Shown: positions 39,692-48,900 of the stretch, one piece after another
Numbering within the stretch: position 1 is the stretch's first letter
Layout of the letters: the number at the start of each line of letters is the position of its first letter
The notes under the pieces: model-generated
Database searches by the model: none
What the model was told of the DNA's origin: nothing
The model's input: only the letters and a program-made list of their open reading frames with translations
Position numbers and translations under genes: made by a program
DNA from: Verrucomicrobiota bacterium
GTDB lineage: Bacteria > Verrucomicrobiota > Verrucomicrobiia > Opitutales > Cerasicoccaceae
DNA: 64,000 nucleotides
Direction: 5' to 3'
Assembly (NCBI GenBank): GCA_039818205.1
Contig: JBCBUK010000002.1
Location: 448,001 to 512,000 of the forward strand

Positions 39692-40393
39692 ATGCAAAAA
39701 AAATCTCCTGACCAACCACACACTTGCCTGTCTGAGGCACTTGCACGCTTTGGTAAATTAGGCGATGAGCAATCATATTCGCTTCGAGAAATCTTGCAAG
39801 CTATTGATGAAAAGGGATTTGGCGTTTTTTTGGTACTGCTGGCGTTGCCAAGTGCTTTGCCATTTCCCGCACCTGCGATGAGCACGCCGTTCGGTTTAGC
39901 GATCGTTACTCTAGGTGTACAAATGCTGATGGGCAAGCAGATTCCTGGCCTGCCCGAGCGGGCGCTGAGGATCAAGTTTTCCTCCGGGCTCTTCAAAAAG
40001 ATCATTGGAGCGGCGACTAAATTTCTCGGATTTGCCGAAAATTTTATTCGCCCACGTATGCGATGGGTCACGCAGCCCAAGGGACGGCGATTCTTGTCGT
40101 TTTTGGTAATTTTGATGGGTTTGCTGATGTGTTTACCCATTCCAGGCACCAATACGTTTCCGGCGATGGTGGTTTTTTTGGTCGGAGTTTGCATCAGTGA
40201 GGAGGATGGATTTATCGCGATCTTGGCGGCGTTCGCGGGCGCGTTCGCGGTTTTGGTCTATCTGGTGGCGATCTTCTTCCTGATCAGGTTCTTCAGTGAA
40301 TATGGCTGGGATGCGATCGATGTCTTCCTGCAGCATATCAAGGACTTCGTGAAGGGACTCTTTGGATCGGAAGCGAGCTCGGGTGGATCTTAG
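39692..40393 (+). CDS. exoD: ExoD family membrane protein
   Basis: GFG...LLALP..LP, FIRPR, LPIPGTNTFPA, EDG. Confidence 0.85.
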   Translation: MQKKSPDQPHTCLSEALARFGKLGDEQSYSLREILQAIDEKGFGVFLVLLALPSALPFPAPAMSTPFGLAIVTLGVQMLMGKQIPGLPERALRIKFSSGLFKKIIGAATKFLGFAENFIRPRMRWVTQPKGRRFLSFLVILMGLLMCLPIPGTNTFPAMVVFLVGVCISEEDGFIAILAAFAGAFAVLVYLVAIFFLIRFFSEYGWDAIDVFLQHIKDFVKGLFGSEASSGGS

Positions 40394-40554
40394 GCAATCG
40401 GGCTCGGGCACTTTTCAACTGCCTGAGAATAGCTTAGCGCACCGTCGATGATTGATCGTTCGCAAAGAGAACAAACCTATTCGATATCGAGAGCCGCTGG
40501 AGACGTTCTTGGATCGGCCCGAGTCGTTCGAGACTGATTTCGACGAATCGTGAG

Positions 40555-42831
40555 CTAAGCCTTCAGTTTTAAGCGGCGGAGGCGCAGCGCGTTGGTAATG
40601 ACCGAGACGGAGCTCAGGCTCATTGCGACTGCGGCGATCATCGGGTTGAGCAGGATCCCGAGGAACGGATAAAGAATGCCGGCGGCGAGTGGAACGCCGG
40701 CTCCGTTGTAGATAAAAGCGAAAAACAGGTTTTGGCGGATGTTTTTCATGACTCCCTGGCTAAGGCGGACCGCTTTGACGATGCCTGTGAGGTCACCTTT
40801 CACCAAGGTGATTCCAGCACTTTCCATGGCGACGTCGGTTCCTGTTCCCATCGCGATGCCAACATCGGCAGCCGCGAGCGCTGGAGCGTCATTGAGACCA
40901 TCTCCGGCCATGGCAACCGTGATGCCCTGTTGCTGAAACTCGCGAACGCCGTCGTGTTTATCGGCAGGTTTGACGCCGGCGCGGAATTCATCAATCCCGA
41001 GCTGCTGGGCAACGGCTTGCGCGGTCATTTCGTTGTCGCCTGTCATCATGACGATCTTCAACCCGAGCGCGTGTAGATCCTGGATGGCTTGCGGTGTGGT
41101 GGATTTGATGGGATCGGCGATGGCGATATGGCCAATCAGGGTGTCGTCGCGAGAAACCCAGATGACCGTTTTTGCCTGTTTCGCGAGAACCTGTGCGGTG
41201 GTGGCGAGCTCGCTATCGGCGCTAGGCAATTGTTGGGTGACGTATTCCAGACGACCGATTTTAACCATTTGCCCGTCCACCGTTCCCAGCGCGCCATTGC
41301 CGGTTTTCGAGTCGAAATCTGGGGCAGCCTGAAATTGGATGTTCTTTTCCTGAGCGCTTCGGACCACGGCCAGTGCTAATGGATGCTCACTCGCCAGCTC
41401 AATGCTCGCTGCTAGCCGCAGGAGCTCAGCGTCGTCGATAGAGTCAACGGGGCTGATGTCTGTTACTTGGGGTTGGCCTTCTGTGAGGGTGCCAGTCTTG
41501 TCGACGATGATGGTTTGCACCTTCTCCAGGTTCTCCATTGCTTCGGCGTTTTTTACGAGGACGCCTTCTTTTGCAGCCCGACCGACGCCGACCATTATTG
41601 AAATCGGTGTGGCGAGACCGAGTGCACAGGGGCAGGCGATGATCAAAACCGCGACCGCGTTTACCAATGCGAAGGACAAACGGGGTGGTGGACCAAGTAT
41701 TGCCCAAAGTATAAACGCCAATACTGCGATCGCGATCACGGCGGGAACGAAGTAGCCCGCAACTTTGTCCGCAGTCGCTTGAATGGGCGCGCGGCTTCGC
41801 TGTGCGGATGCCACGAGGTTGACGATGTTGGCGATCAAAGTATCTCCGCCGACCTTTTCTGCCACCATCGTGAAGGAGCCGCGTTGGTTGAGCGTTCCGG
41901 CAGTGACTTCATCGCCCGAGTTTTTGAGGAGCGGGTCGGGCTCCCCCGTAATCATGGATTCATCGAGGGTGCCGCTTCCGGTTTCGATGCGACCGTCAAC
42001 TGGGACTTTGCTTCCTGGTTTCACCCGCAGTTGGTCTCCAGCATGGACGGCATCAAGGCTAACCTCGGATTCGTTTCCTTGCTCATCGATTCTGATGGCA
42101 GTGTCGGGCGTCTGGCCCATGAGCAACTGGAGGGCTTCGCCTGTTTTTCCACGCGCCTGGGCTTCGAGCATCTGGCCGAGCAGCACTAGCGAGATGATGA
42201 CTGCGGCGGATTCAAAATAAATGGGGGCATGGCCGCCTTGTTTAAACTCAGCCGGGAGGAGGTGAGGCATGATGACCGCGATCGCGCTGAAAATAACTGC
42301 GGCGCCCACTCCCAATGCAATTAGGGAGAACATATTGAGGTTCCAACTCAGGAATGATTTATAGCCACGCACAAAGATGAAATCACCGGACCAAACGAGG
42401 ACGGGCAGTGTTAGAATCAGTTGGAACCAACCATTGGCGCTCGAATGAAAGAACGAGATCTGATCGAGGCCCGGAATCATGGGTAACATCGCCAGGAGGA
42501 AGACGGGGATCGAAAAAAACAGTGAGCTAATGAAGCGTTTACGCATGTCCCGATATTCGGAATCGTCGACCTCTGCGCTGGGCGCTTTGGGTTCGAGGGC
42601 CATGCCGCATATTGGACACTCGCCCGGGCCAACCTGTTCAATCTCTGGATGCATGGGGCACGTATAGATGGCGTTTGGGTCCGCAGCTGCTTTAGGTGGC
42701 GCTTTGTGCTCGTGGTGGCAGCATGACTGGTCAGTCGCGTGATCATGACCGTGGTCATCGCCGTGTTTGTGGTCAGTGTGCTCTGACATTGAATCGCCGT
42801 GTTCGCAGTGATCGTGCTTATCGTTGTTCAT
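40555..42831 (-). CDS. copA: copper-translocating P1B-type ATPase
   Basis: His-rich N-terminus, YTCPMHP...CPICGM, TGE, CPCALGLATP, DKTGT, HP, GDGLND, YN, MSLSS. Confidence 0.95.
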   Translation of the reverse strand: MNNDKHDHCEHGDSMSEHTDHKHGDDHGHDHATDQSCCHHEHKAPPKAAADPNAIYTCPMHPEIEQVGPGECPICGMALEPKAPSAEVDDSEYRDMRKRFISSLFFSIPVFLLAMLPMIPGLDQISFFHSSANGWFQLILTLPVLVWSGDFIFVRGYKSFLSWNLNMFSLIALGVGAAVIFSAIAVIMPHLLPAEFKQGGHAPIYFESAAVIISLVLLGQMLEAQARGKTGEALQLLMGQTPDTAIRIDEQGNESEVSLDAVHAGDQLRVKPGSKVPVDGRIETGSGTLDESMITGEPDPLLKNSGDEVTAGTLNQRGSFTMVAEKVGGDTLIANIVNLVASAQRSRAPIQATADKVAGYFVPAVIAIAVLAFILWAILGPPPRLSFALVNAVAVLIIACPCALGLATPISIMVGVGRAAKEGVLVKNAEAMENLEKVQTIIVDKTGTLTEGQPQVTDISPVDSIDDAELLRLAASIELASEHPLALAVVRSAQEKNIQFQAAPDFDSKTGNGALGTVDGQMVKIGRLEYVTQQLPSADSELATTAQVLAKQAKTVIWVSRDDTLIGHIAIADPIKSTTPQAIQDLHALGLKIVMMTGDNEMTAQAVAQQLGIDEFRAGVKPADKHDGVREFQQQGITVAMAGDGLNDAPALAAADVGIAMGTGTDVAMESAGITLVKGDLTGIVKAVRLSQGVMKNIRQNLFFAFIYNGAGVPLAAGILYPFLGILLNPMIAAVAMSLSSVSVITNALRLRRLKLKA

Positions 42832-43016
42832 GCGCGCTTTTGATCGTTTCGAGGAATAGTGGCGAACTCTTGGCGCGTTGTAAAAGGATACTTTACGTTT
42901 AAAGCCCCAAGCTATGGGTGTTGAGGTGTCAACCGTTCAGAGTGGTGTGTTCTTCCTCGTTGTTGGTACCCTTTATCATTGGCGCGCCAGACTGGAGGTG
43001 CCTTTGATGATACAAG

Positions 43017-43044
43017 AAAAGCCACCGCAGATGCGGTGGCTTTT
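43017..43044. terminator. bidirectional intrinsic terminator
   Basis: AAAAGCCACCGCA-GA-TGCGGTGGCTTTT. Confidence 0.85.
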
Positions 43045-43068
43045 AGATGGCTCGAGTTTGGGAAAAAT

Positions 43069-43482
43069 CTAGCTTTTCAAAGCCATGTTGAACGCGGCCT
43101 TAATCGCCTCCTGGCTGTCCGTCTTGGTGAGTTTCTGGAGGATCTTTCCAGTCTTTGGATCGACGATCAGCATGTAACCACTGGCCTTCTGCTGCTCGTC
43201 ATAGAGTTTGGCAACGCCCAGGCTTGCGGCGAGTAGAGCGGCTTGGTTGCGCGACTCCGTATTGCTGTGATCGAATGTTGCGAAAAGGATTGGTTGGGTG
43301 GCGAAGTCTTCTTTGACCGCCTGGATATTGGGGTCGAGAATTTTGCAGGATCCGCACGCGTCGGAGTAGAACAATAGGCCGATTGCCTTGGGTTCGGCTG
43401 AGTCGAGGGCGTGGGCTTGCGTAAAGCCAGCGAGGCCGAGCAGGGTGATTGCCGTAATCAGTGATTTGAGAATCGTCTTCAT
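43069..43482 (-). CDS. secreted thioredoxin-fold CxxC protein
   Basis: Signal peptide (AHA cleavage site) then LFYSDACGSCKILDP. Confidence 0.8.
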   Translation of the reverse strand: MKTILKSLITAITLLGLAGFTQAHALDSAEPKAIGLLFYSDACGSCKILDPNIQAVKEDFATQPILFATFDHSNTESRNQAALLAASLGVAKLYDEQQKASGYMLIVDPKTGKILQKLTKTDSQEAIKAAFNMALKS

Positions 43483-43554
43483 CGTGTTGTGGGTTCGTGG
43501 TTTGATTTAAGGGGCCCCATTCAAAGCACTAGGAGTCGGGGCCCTTAATGAAGA

Positions 43555-43580
43555 GACGGTTGGGCTCAGCGTTTGATTGC
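43555..43580 (-). promoter_or_regulatory. putative ECF promoter, copy 1
   Basis: Minus strand GCAATC-N16-CGTC; 20 of 26 nt identical to 44727-44752. Confidence 0.7.
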
Positions 43581-43611
43581 AGCCAGAATCGCGATTTTGC
43601 GTACGAGCGTT

Positions 43612-44169
43612 TTAGCGGGCTAGGGCGAAGAGGCGGTGGGTGTCACGCCAGATCTGGACAACGCCACCGTCCTGTTCATAAACCCCTGGATCGATCGCGA
43701 GTAGCGGCTCGGTCAAGGGTGCTATATAGAGAGTGCAGGGTTTGCCGGCGGGGTCTAGTAGGCTAATCTGTGCTGCGATTTCTTTCTGCAAGGAACAATA
43801 GCGGCCGCCCTGGACGCTGAGACCCGAAAGTAGCTCGGGTTTCGTGGGGGAAATAGGGAAACCTAGCTTGGGCAGTGCTGATTGGATTTCCGCAAAATCC
43901 GAGGTCGAAACTTCCGGGGCCAGCTGCTTTGCGTGATTCTTTAAGACTTCGGCGGTCACAATGCTTTCAAGTGATGGCCGTGCGCTTTGGTAGATTAAGC
44001 CCCCAACAAGAAGGAGCAGCGCGATTGTTGCGGCAACGGCGATGAATTGCGGCTGGCGCCAAAACGGTGGATGCACGATTCGGCCCGCGGCAAGGATCTC
44101 CTCAACTATTGAATCAGGGAGGCGCTGAGATTCATAGTAATCCCGGAGTTCTTGATCGGTGTCATTCAT
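43612..44169 (-). CDS. putative anti-sigma factor (DUF3379-like)
   Basis: Short cytoplasmic N-terminus, one TM, periplasmic domain with NH, GGRYCSL and PCTLY; overlaps the ECF stop. Confidence 0.75.
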   Translation of the reverse strand: MNDTDQELRDYYESQRLPDSIVEEILAAGRIVHPPFWRQPQFIAVAATIALLLLVGGLIYQSARPSLESIVTAEVLKNHAKQLAPEVSTSDFAEIQSALPKLGFPISPTKPELLSGLSVQGGRYCSLQKEIAAQISLLDPAGKPCTLYIAPLTEPLLAIDPGVYEQDGGVVQIWRDTHRLFALAR

Positions 44170-44668
44170 GGCTTTTGTCCTCGGGCAAAGGATTGTCGCG
44201 TTCCCCTGAGATGAGGCGGCGAAGCTTCTGGCGTGCGCGATGCATTAGGCTCAAGACGGTGTTGCGGGAGGTCCCGGATATTTGCGCAATTTCCTGAGCG
44301 GTGTGCCCTTCAACGGCATTTAGGTAGAGGGCTTCACGCTCCTCTACGCGGAGGTGAGCGAGCAGTAAATCAAGGTCCATTCCCGGTGCGATCGAACTGT
44401 CTGGACTCTGATTGAAGTCGATTTCGTCATCGATCGCTTCGAAAGTGATTATTTTGCCGCGACGGCACTGGTCATAAAATAGATTCCGAATGGTGGTGTA
44501 GAGGATGGTGCGGTTTTTGACTTTTCCGTATTTATGGTGGCATTTCATCCAGGCCTGTTGAACCAAGTCTTCGGCGTCGTAGTGGTGATGCGTTAGGGAA
44601 AGGGCATAGCGATAGGCCCGCTGGATAACCTCGCGCGGGTCTTGGTCACTATTTGTTGGATGAGTCAT
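44162..44668 (-). CDS. ECF RNA polymerase sigma factor
   Basis: YRYALSLT, DAEDLVQ, RNLFYD, EIAQ...NTVLSLMHRARQKL. Confidence 0.92.
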   Translation of the reverse strand: MTHPTNSDQDPREVIQRAYRYALSLTHHHYDAEDLVQQAWMKCHHKYGKVKNRTILYTTIRNLFYDQCRRGKIITFEAIDDEIDFNQSPDSSIAPGMDLDLLLAHLRVEEREALYLNAVEGHTAQEIAQISGTSRNTVLSLMHRARQKLRRLISGERDNPLPEDKSHE

Positions 44669-44726
44669 TTCCGGTCGATTTGATTATGCCCTAGTGCCAT
44701 GCGATTCCAATGTGCCGTGCCTATAT

Positions 44727-44752
44727 GACGATTGAGCGATGAGTTTGATTGC
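44727..44752 (-). promoter_or_regulatory. putative ECF promoter, copy 2 (autoregulatory)
   Basis: Minus strand GCAATC-N16-CGTC about 60 nt upstream of the ECF start. Confidence 0.7.
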
Positions 44753-44865
44753 GGTATCACACAATTTTTTTCCGGTAAGACGCGGGATTGAACATCTCAA
44801 CTTAAACCCTAAGGTCGGATTGGTAGCGTCGGGAAGGCCGTTCCCACCAATCGAACTATTTGCGC

Positions 44866-45924
44866 ATGGAAACCCTAGAAATTATTTACGAAGCAGTCGA
44901 CCAATTCCTACCCTTTGTGATTGGCGTAGTGGTGGTTGGCATTTCCTTGTGGGTGGCCCATCACATGTTGATTGGGCGACACACGAGTCTCGGCAATGAG
45001 AAGAAGTTTGCCCGCCAGTTGGTCATGCTGGGGCTCACGTTGTTAGGCCTGATCGTGATTATCCAATCGCTCCCGCTTAGCGATCCTTCTCGCAATAAGC
45101 TGGTCGGGTTGGTGGGTATTTTGTTGTCCGGTATCATTGCGTTCTCGTCGACGAGCATTTTTGCCAATTTGGCGGCCGGGCTTTTACTGCGCATCACCAA
45201 GCCATTTCGGACGGGAGACTTCATCCAAGTTGGGGATCACTTTGGGCGAGTATCGGAGCGTGGACTATTTGACACAGAAATCCAGTCTGAGACCCGTGAG
45301 TTGATTGCACTACCCAACATGTATTGCATCAACAACCCGGTGACGACCGTTCGTAGTTCTGGGACGATTGTCTCGGCCTCACTCTCCCTTGGCTACGATA
45401 TTGATCATGCGCGCGTGGAGTCTTTGTTGTTGGTCGCCGCAAAAAAAGCGGAACTAGAGGAACCCTTCGTTCACATTCTTGAGCTTGGAGACTTCTCGGT
45501 GACCTATCGAGTTTCTGGATTTCTGACAGAGACTCGAATCATGATTTCGGCCCGCTCCAAGCTGCGCGGTTACGTCTTGGATGTTTTACATGGTGAGGGG
45601 ATCGAAATCATGTCGCCCAACTACATGAACCAGCGACAGTTGGGCGATGGGCCGAAGGCGATACCGGAATCCGTTCCTCTGTTTCGGCCAAAGAAGCCTG
45701 TGGGTTCGGCTGAGACTTTGGCGTTTGATAAGGCAGAGCGTGCCGAGGAGCTTGAGAAGGTGGAGCGTCGGTTGCTTGGCGAGATCGATAGTTTCAAGTC
45801 CTTGATTAAGGAAGCGACTGACGAGGAAGAAAAGAAGCGTATCGAGGCAAAGATGGACCAAACGAAACAGCTGCTCAGCTCGCTCGACGAGATTCGATCC
45901 CAGGAGAAAAAGGCGGAGGATTAG
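44866..45924 (+). CDS. MscS family mechanosensitive channel
   Basis: Three TM helices, NLAAGLLL, PFRTGDFI, LPN, LGYD; coiled-coil tail. Confidence 0.9.
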   Translation: METLEIIYEAVDQFLPFVIGVVVVGISLWVAHHMLIGRHTSLGNEKKFARQLVMLGLTLLGLIVIIQSLPLSDPSRNKLVGLVGILLSGIIAFSSTSIFANLAAGLLLRITKPFRTGDFIQVGDHFGRVSERGLFDTEIQSETRELIALPNMYCINNPVTTVRSSGTIVSASLSLGYDIDHARVESLLLVAAKKAELEEPFVHILELGDFSVTYRVSGFLTETRIMISARSKLRGYVLDVLHGEGIEIMSPNYMNQRQLGDGPKAIPESVPLFRPKKPVGSAETLAFDKAERAEELEKVERRLLGEIDSFKSLIKEATDEEEKKRIEAKMDQTKQLLSSLDEIRSQEKKAED

Positions 45925-45954
45925 CCTTGGCCCAATTAAGTCGCTACTACTTGC

Positions 45955-48900
45955 CTATTCACTCGCGGCGGAGAGGCGAACGAATATCTGTGGTAGCAGC
46001 TCGCTCGAAGTGAGGGTAATGGTTGCCATGCCGTCAACGGTCGTGACTGCGCTGGTGACGGTTGCTCCGCTGAGCGGGCCATCGATGCCATCACTCATAT
46101 ACCAGTTCTGTAGATCCAGTGACCACTCGTAAGATCCCAAGACGTCAATCAGGGCCGGTTCATGGATCGGATGGGTCATCGTGGTGGTGAGTCCATTGGA
46201 CTGAAAATTGCCGACTCTCGTGTCCGCGACCTCCGGATTGGTTCCGAGTATGGCTTCGATCCCGTTGGCCAATCCATCGTTGTCAAAGTCGTCATCGAAT
46301 CCCTTGAGCTCGTAGACCAGGTAGCGGTTGATCCAAGCCTCGAAGGTGTACTCGCTGATGGCAACCGAGTGGCCGGCATCTTCATTGTAGAGCCAGGCAA
46401 TTTCGTCGTCGGTTAATATCCGACTCCAGATTGCCAGATCATCGAGGTGGGCGGACAGATAATTTTGGCCATTGGGATTTCCACTGCCGAACGATTGCGA
46501 GTAGTAACCCATCATGAGCAGACGATCGGAGGCGATGAGATCGGACGGTGGAACCGCCACGGCATTGTAGTCTTCTGCGACGATTTCATTGTTTACATAG
46601 AAGCGTCGTAGGCCGGATTGGCTATCCCAGGTTAGCACGACGTGAACCCAATCATGTGTCCAGTCAGGAGGGTTCCATCCCCGAGCGCGTAGGGTTGTTG
46701 TGCCTGGGCATTCAAAGTCGATGTGCCAACCGCTTTCTTCGAGTTCCAGGCGGTAGCTCAAACCGGTGGTTTCTCCGCGTTGCGAGAGAATGGTGGCATG
46801 CCGTTGTGGGCTTTTCGGGAAGATCCAAAACGAGATCGAAAATGCGGTTGGTAGGTCTGGCCCTCCGGAGTCGATGCGGAATCCATTGCCCACGCCATAT
46901 TCCGCTTCGGGGTAGAATTCGACACCGCCTTCGAGGACACCATCAATCAATTCGGGATAGGTGTCGGCATCATCGATGTGCATATCTCCATGGTGGCCCC
47001 AGCCAGAGTGGTCCTCCAAGGTCATACCGGACATCTCGTCAAACTTCCAGTAGGCGATTAGACCGTTGCCCAAGGGGGAGCTAATCCCACCGTCAATTGT
47101 GACCGACTCTGCAACGGAGGCCGTGGTCTCGTTTTGGGCGGCGCTCTTATCGCGGGCTCTAACGGTGTAGGTGTAGGTTTGGCCGCGGGAGAGGTTGGTG
47201 TCGACATAGGTTGCACTGTCCTGCCAGCCGCTATCATGTCCAGTGCCGGCGACACATTCGAAGTAGTATTCGACGCCGCTGATTTCAAAACCGCTTTGCG
47301 CAGTCATGGTGACCGACCCGGGTCCGAGCTCACGTGGCGGTTCATACCAGCGCGATGCGTTCGGCAATGGGGGTTGGGTGTCCGGATAGATGGTGACACT
47401 TATCGTGCCGCTGGCGCCATCGACCAAGCCATCGTTGGGCACAAATGAAAAGCTGTCCGACCCGACTTGTCCGGGCGTGGATTGATACACTATGTCAGGA
47501 GGTGTACCCGTGACCGTTCCTTTAGTTGGATCGGTGGCGATCGAAAACGTTAAGGGGTCGCCGTCGCCATCGCGACCGGTCAGCGTAAGCGCTACTGACT
47601 GCCCCTCGTTGACGAAGACCATCTGATCATTCGCGATTGGCGCATTGTTTGAAGCAACATCTTGATCGGCGAGAATTCCGATCGAGGCAATGTTGCTATC
47701 GCCAGTGCCATCATTGGCCCAGAAGGTGAAGCTATCTGGGCCCGAGTAGTCCATGTTGGGTGTATAGGTCAGGTTGGGAGCAACGCCACTCAGGCTTCCG
47801 TGGCTTGGGTTTGTATAGTTGTAGCTCAGGGGGTCATCATCGGGGTCGATCGCAGCGAGGGTGATTTCCACGCCCCCGGGGTTTGCGATCAGGGATTGAG
47901 AATAAGCGGTCGGTCGCACGTTAGCTCGCCCACCCGATGTTGCTGCCCGGATTACGATATCGTCTAGGTATACGTGGTGCCGGCTGGTGCCGATCGGGCC
48001 CGATCGAAATGCGATCTTCATGTTTGGGGAGAAATTATAGTCCCGTGCTTCGATGTAGATCGTTTTGTGGAGTGAAGCGCCGTTATCCTTGTAGGTAAAC
48101 TCGCTAAGGGTTTTCGTCGCGTGGATATTGTCGAACCGCGCAATGGTGTGCCAGGTCGTTCCATCGAAGAAGTCGACGTCGAATCCCGACCCGCTTGAGG
48201 TTGCGGTGGTTGCTAGTTGAAAATCGATCCGGATGACGTCGTAGCCAGGGGTTGAGATATCGATTGGGTTGACCAGTTCAACCGAGTGCTGATTGCCTGG
48301 TTTCATCGAAAGAACATATTCGCCCGAGGAGGCTTTTTCGAAGTTGGACGCCACGTTGGCGCCGTCGTCGCTGGCGTAGCTTCCCCAGGCCGGGCCTTCG
48401 AAGTCGTCTGAAACAAGAGTCACCCAGTTCAGGTCTTGAACCACGTTAATGTAAACCGTTTGAGCTTCTCCCAAGTAGCTACCGTGGTAGGCCCGGAACG
48501 TGAAGCTGTCGGGGCCGTTGTAACCTGGGGTCGGTTCATATCGGAGGTCGGGTGCATTGCCGGTCAGGGTACCATTCGCTGGTTGGGTGAGAACCTCGTA
48601 GCTGAGTTCCTGTCCATTCGCGTCCACGGCTTCGAGGGTAATCCAATTTTGGATGCCCTCAGCCGCGATGAATGATTGGCCCATGGCTTCAGGGGTCCAT
48701 TCATGAACCACCGAAACTTTGATGGCTCCCGTTGTACTTTCTGCCTGGGCATCGTTCACCACATACTCGATCGTTTCGATACCAACGAAGCCAGCATCCG
48801 GTTGGTATCGAGGGTTTGAAAGGTATCCGCCATTGAAGTAGGGAAACGATAGACTGCCGTTGGCTGGGGTTGACGTGATCGTGTAGTAATAGGCATCAAG

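Noticed and set aside
42896..42935. CueR/MerR-type operator before copA
   Set aside because: TTGACA and a weak dyad exist on the minus strand, but spacing does not fit the 19-bp MerR layout and no merR gene is in the window.
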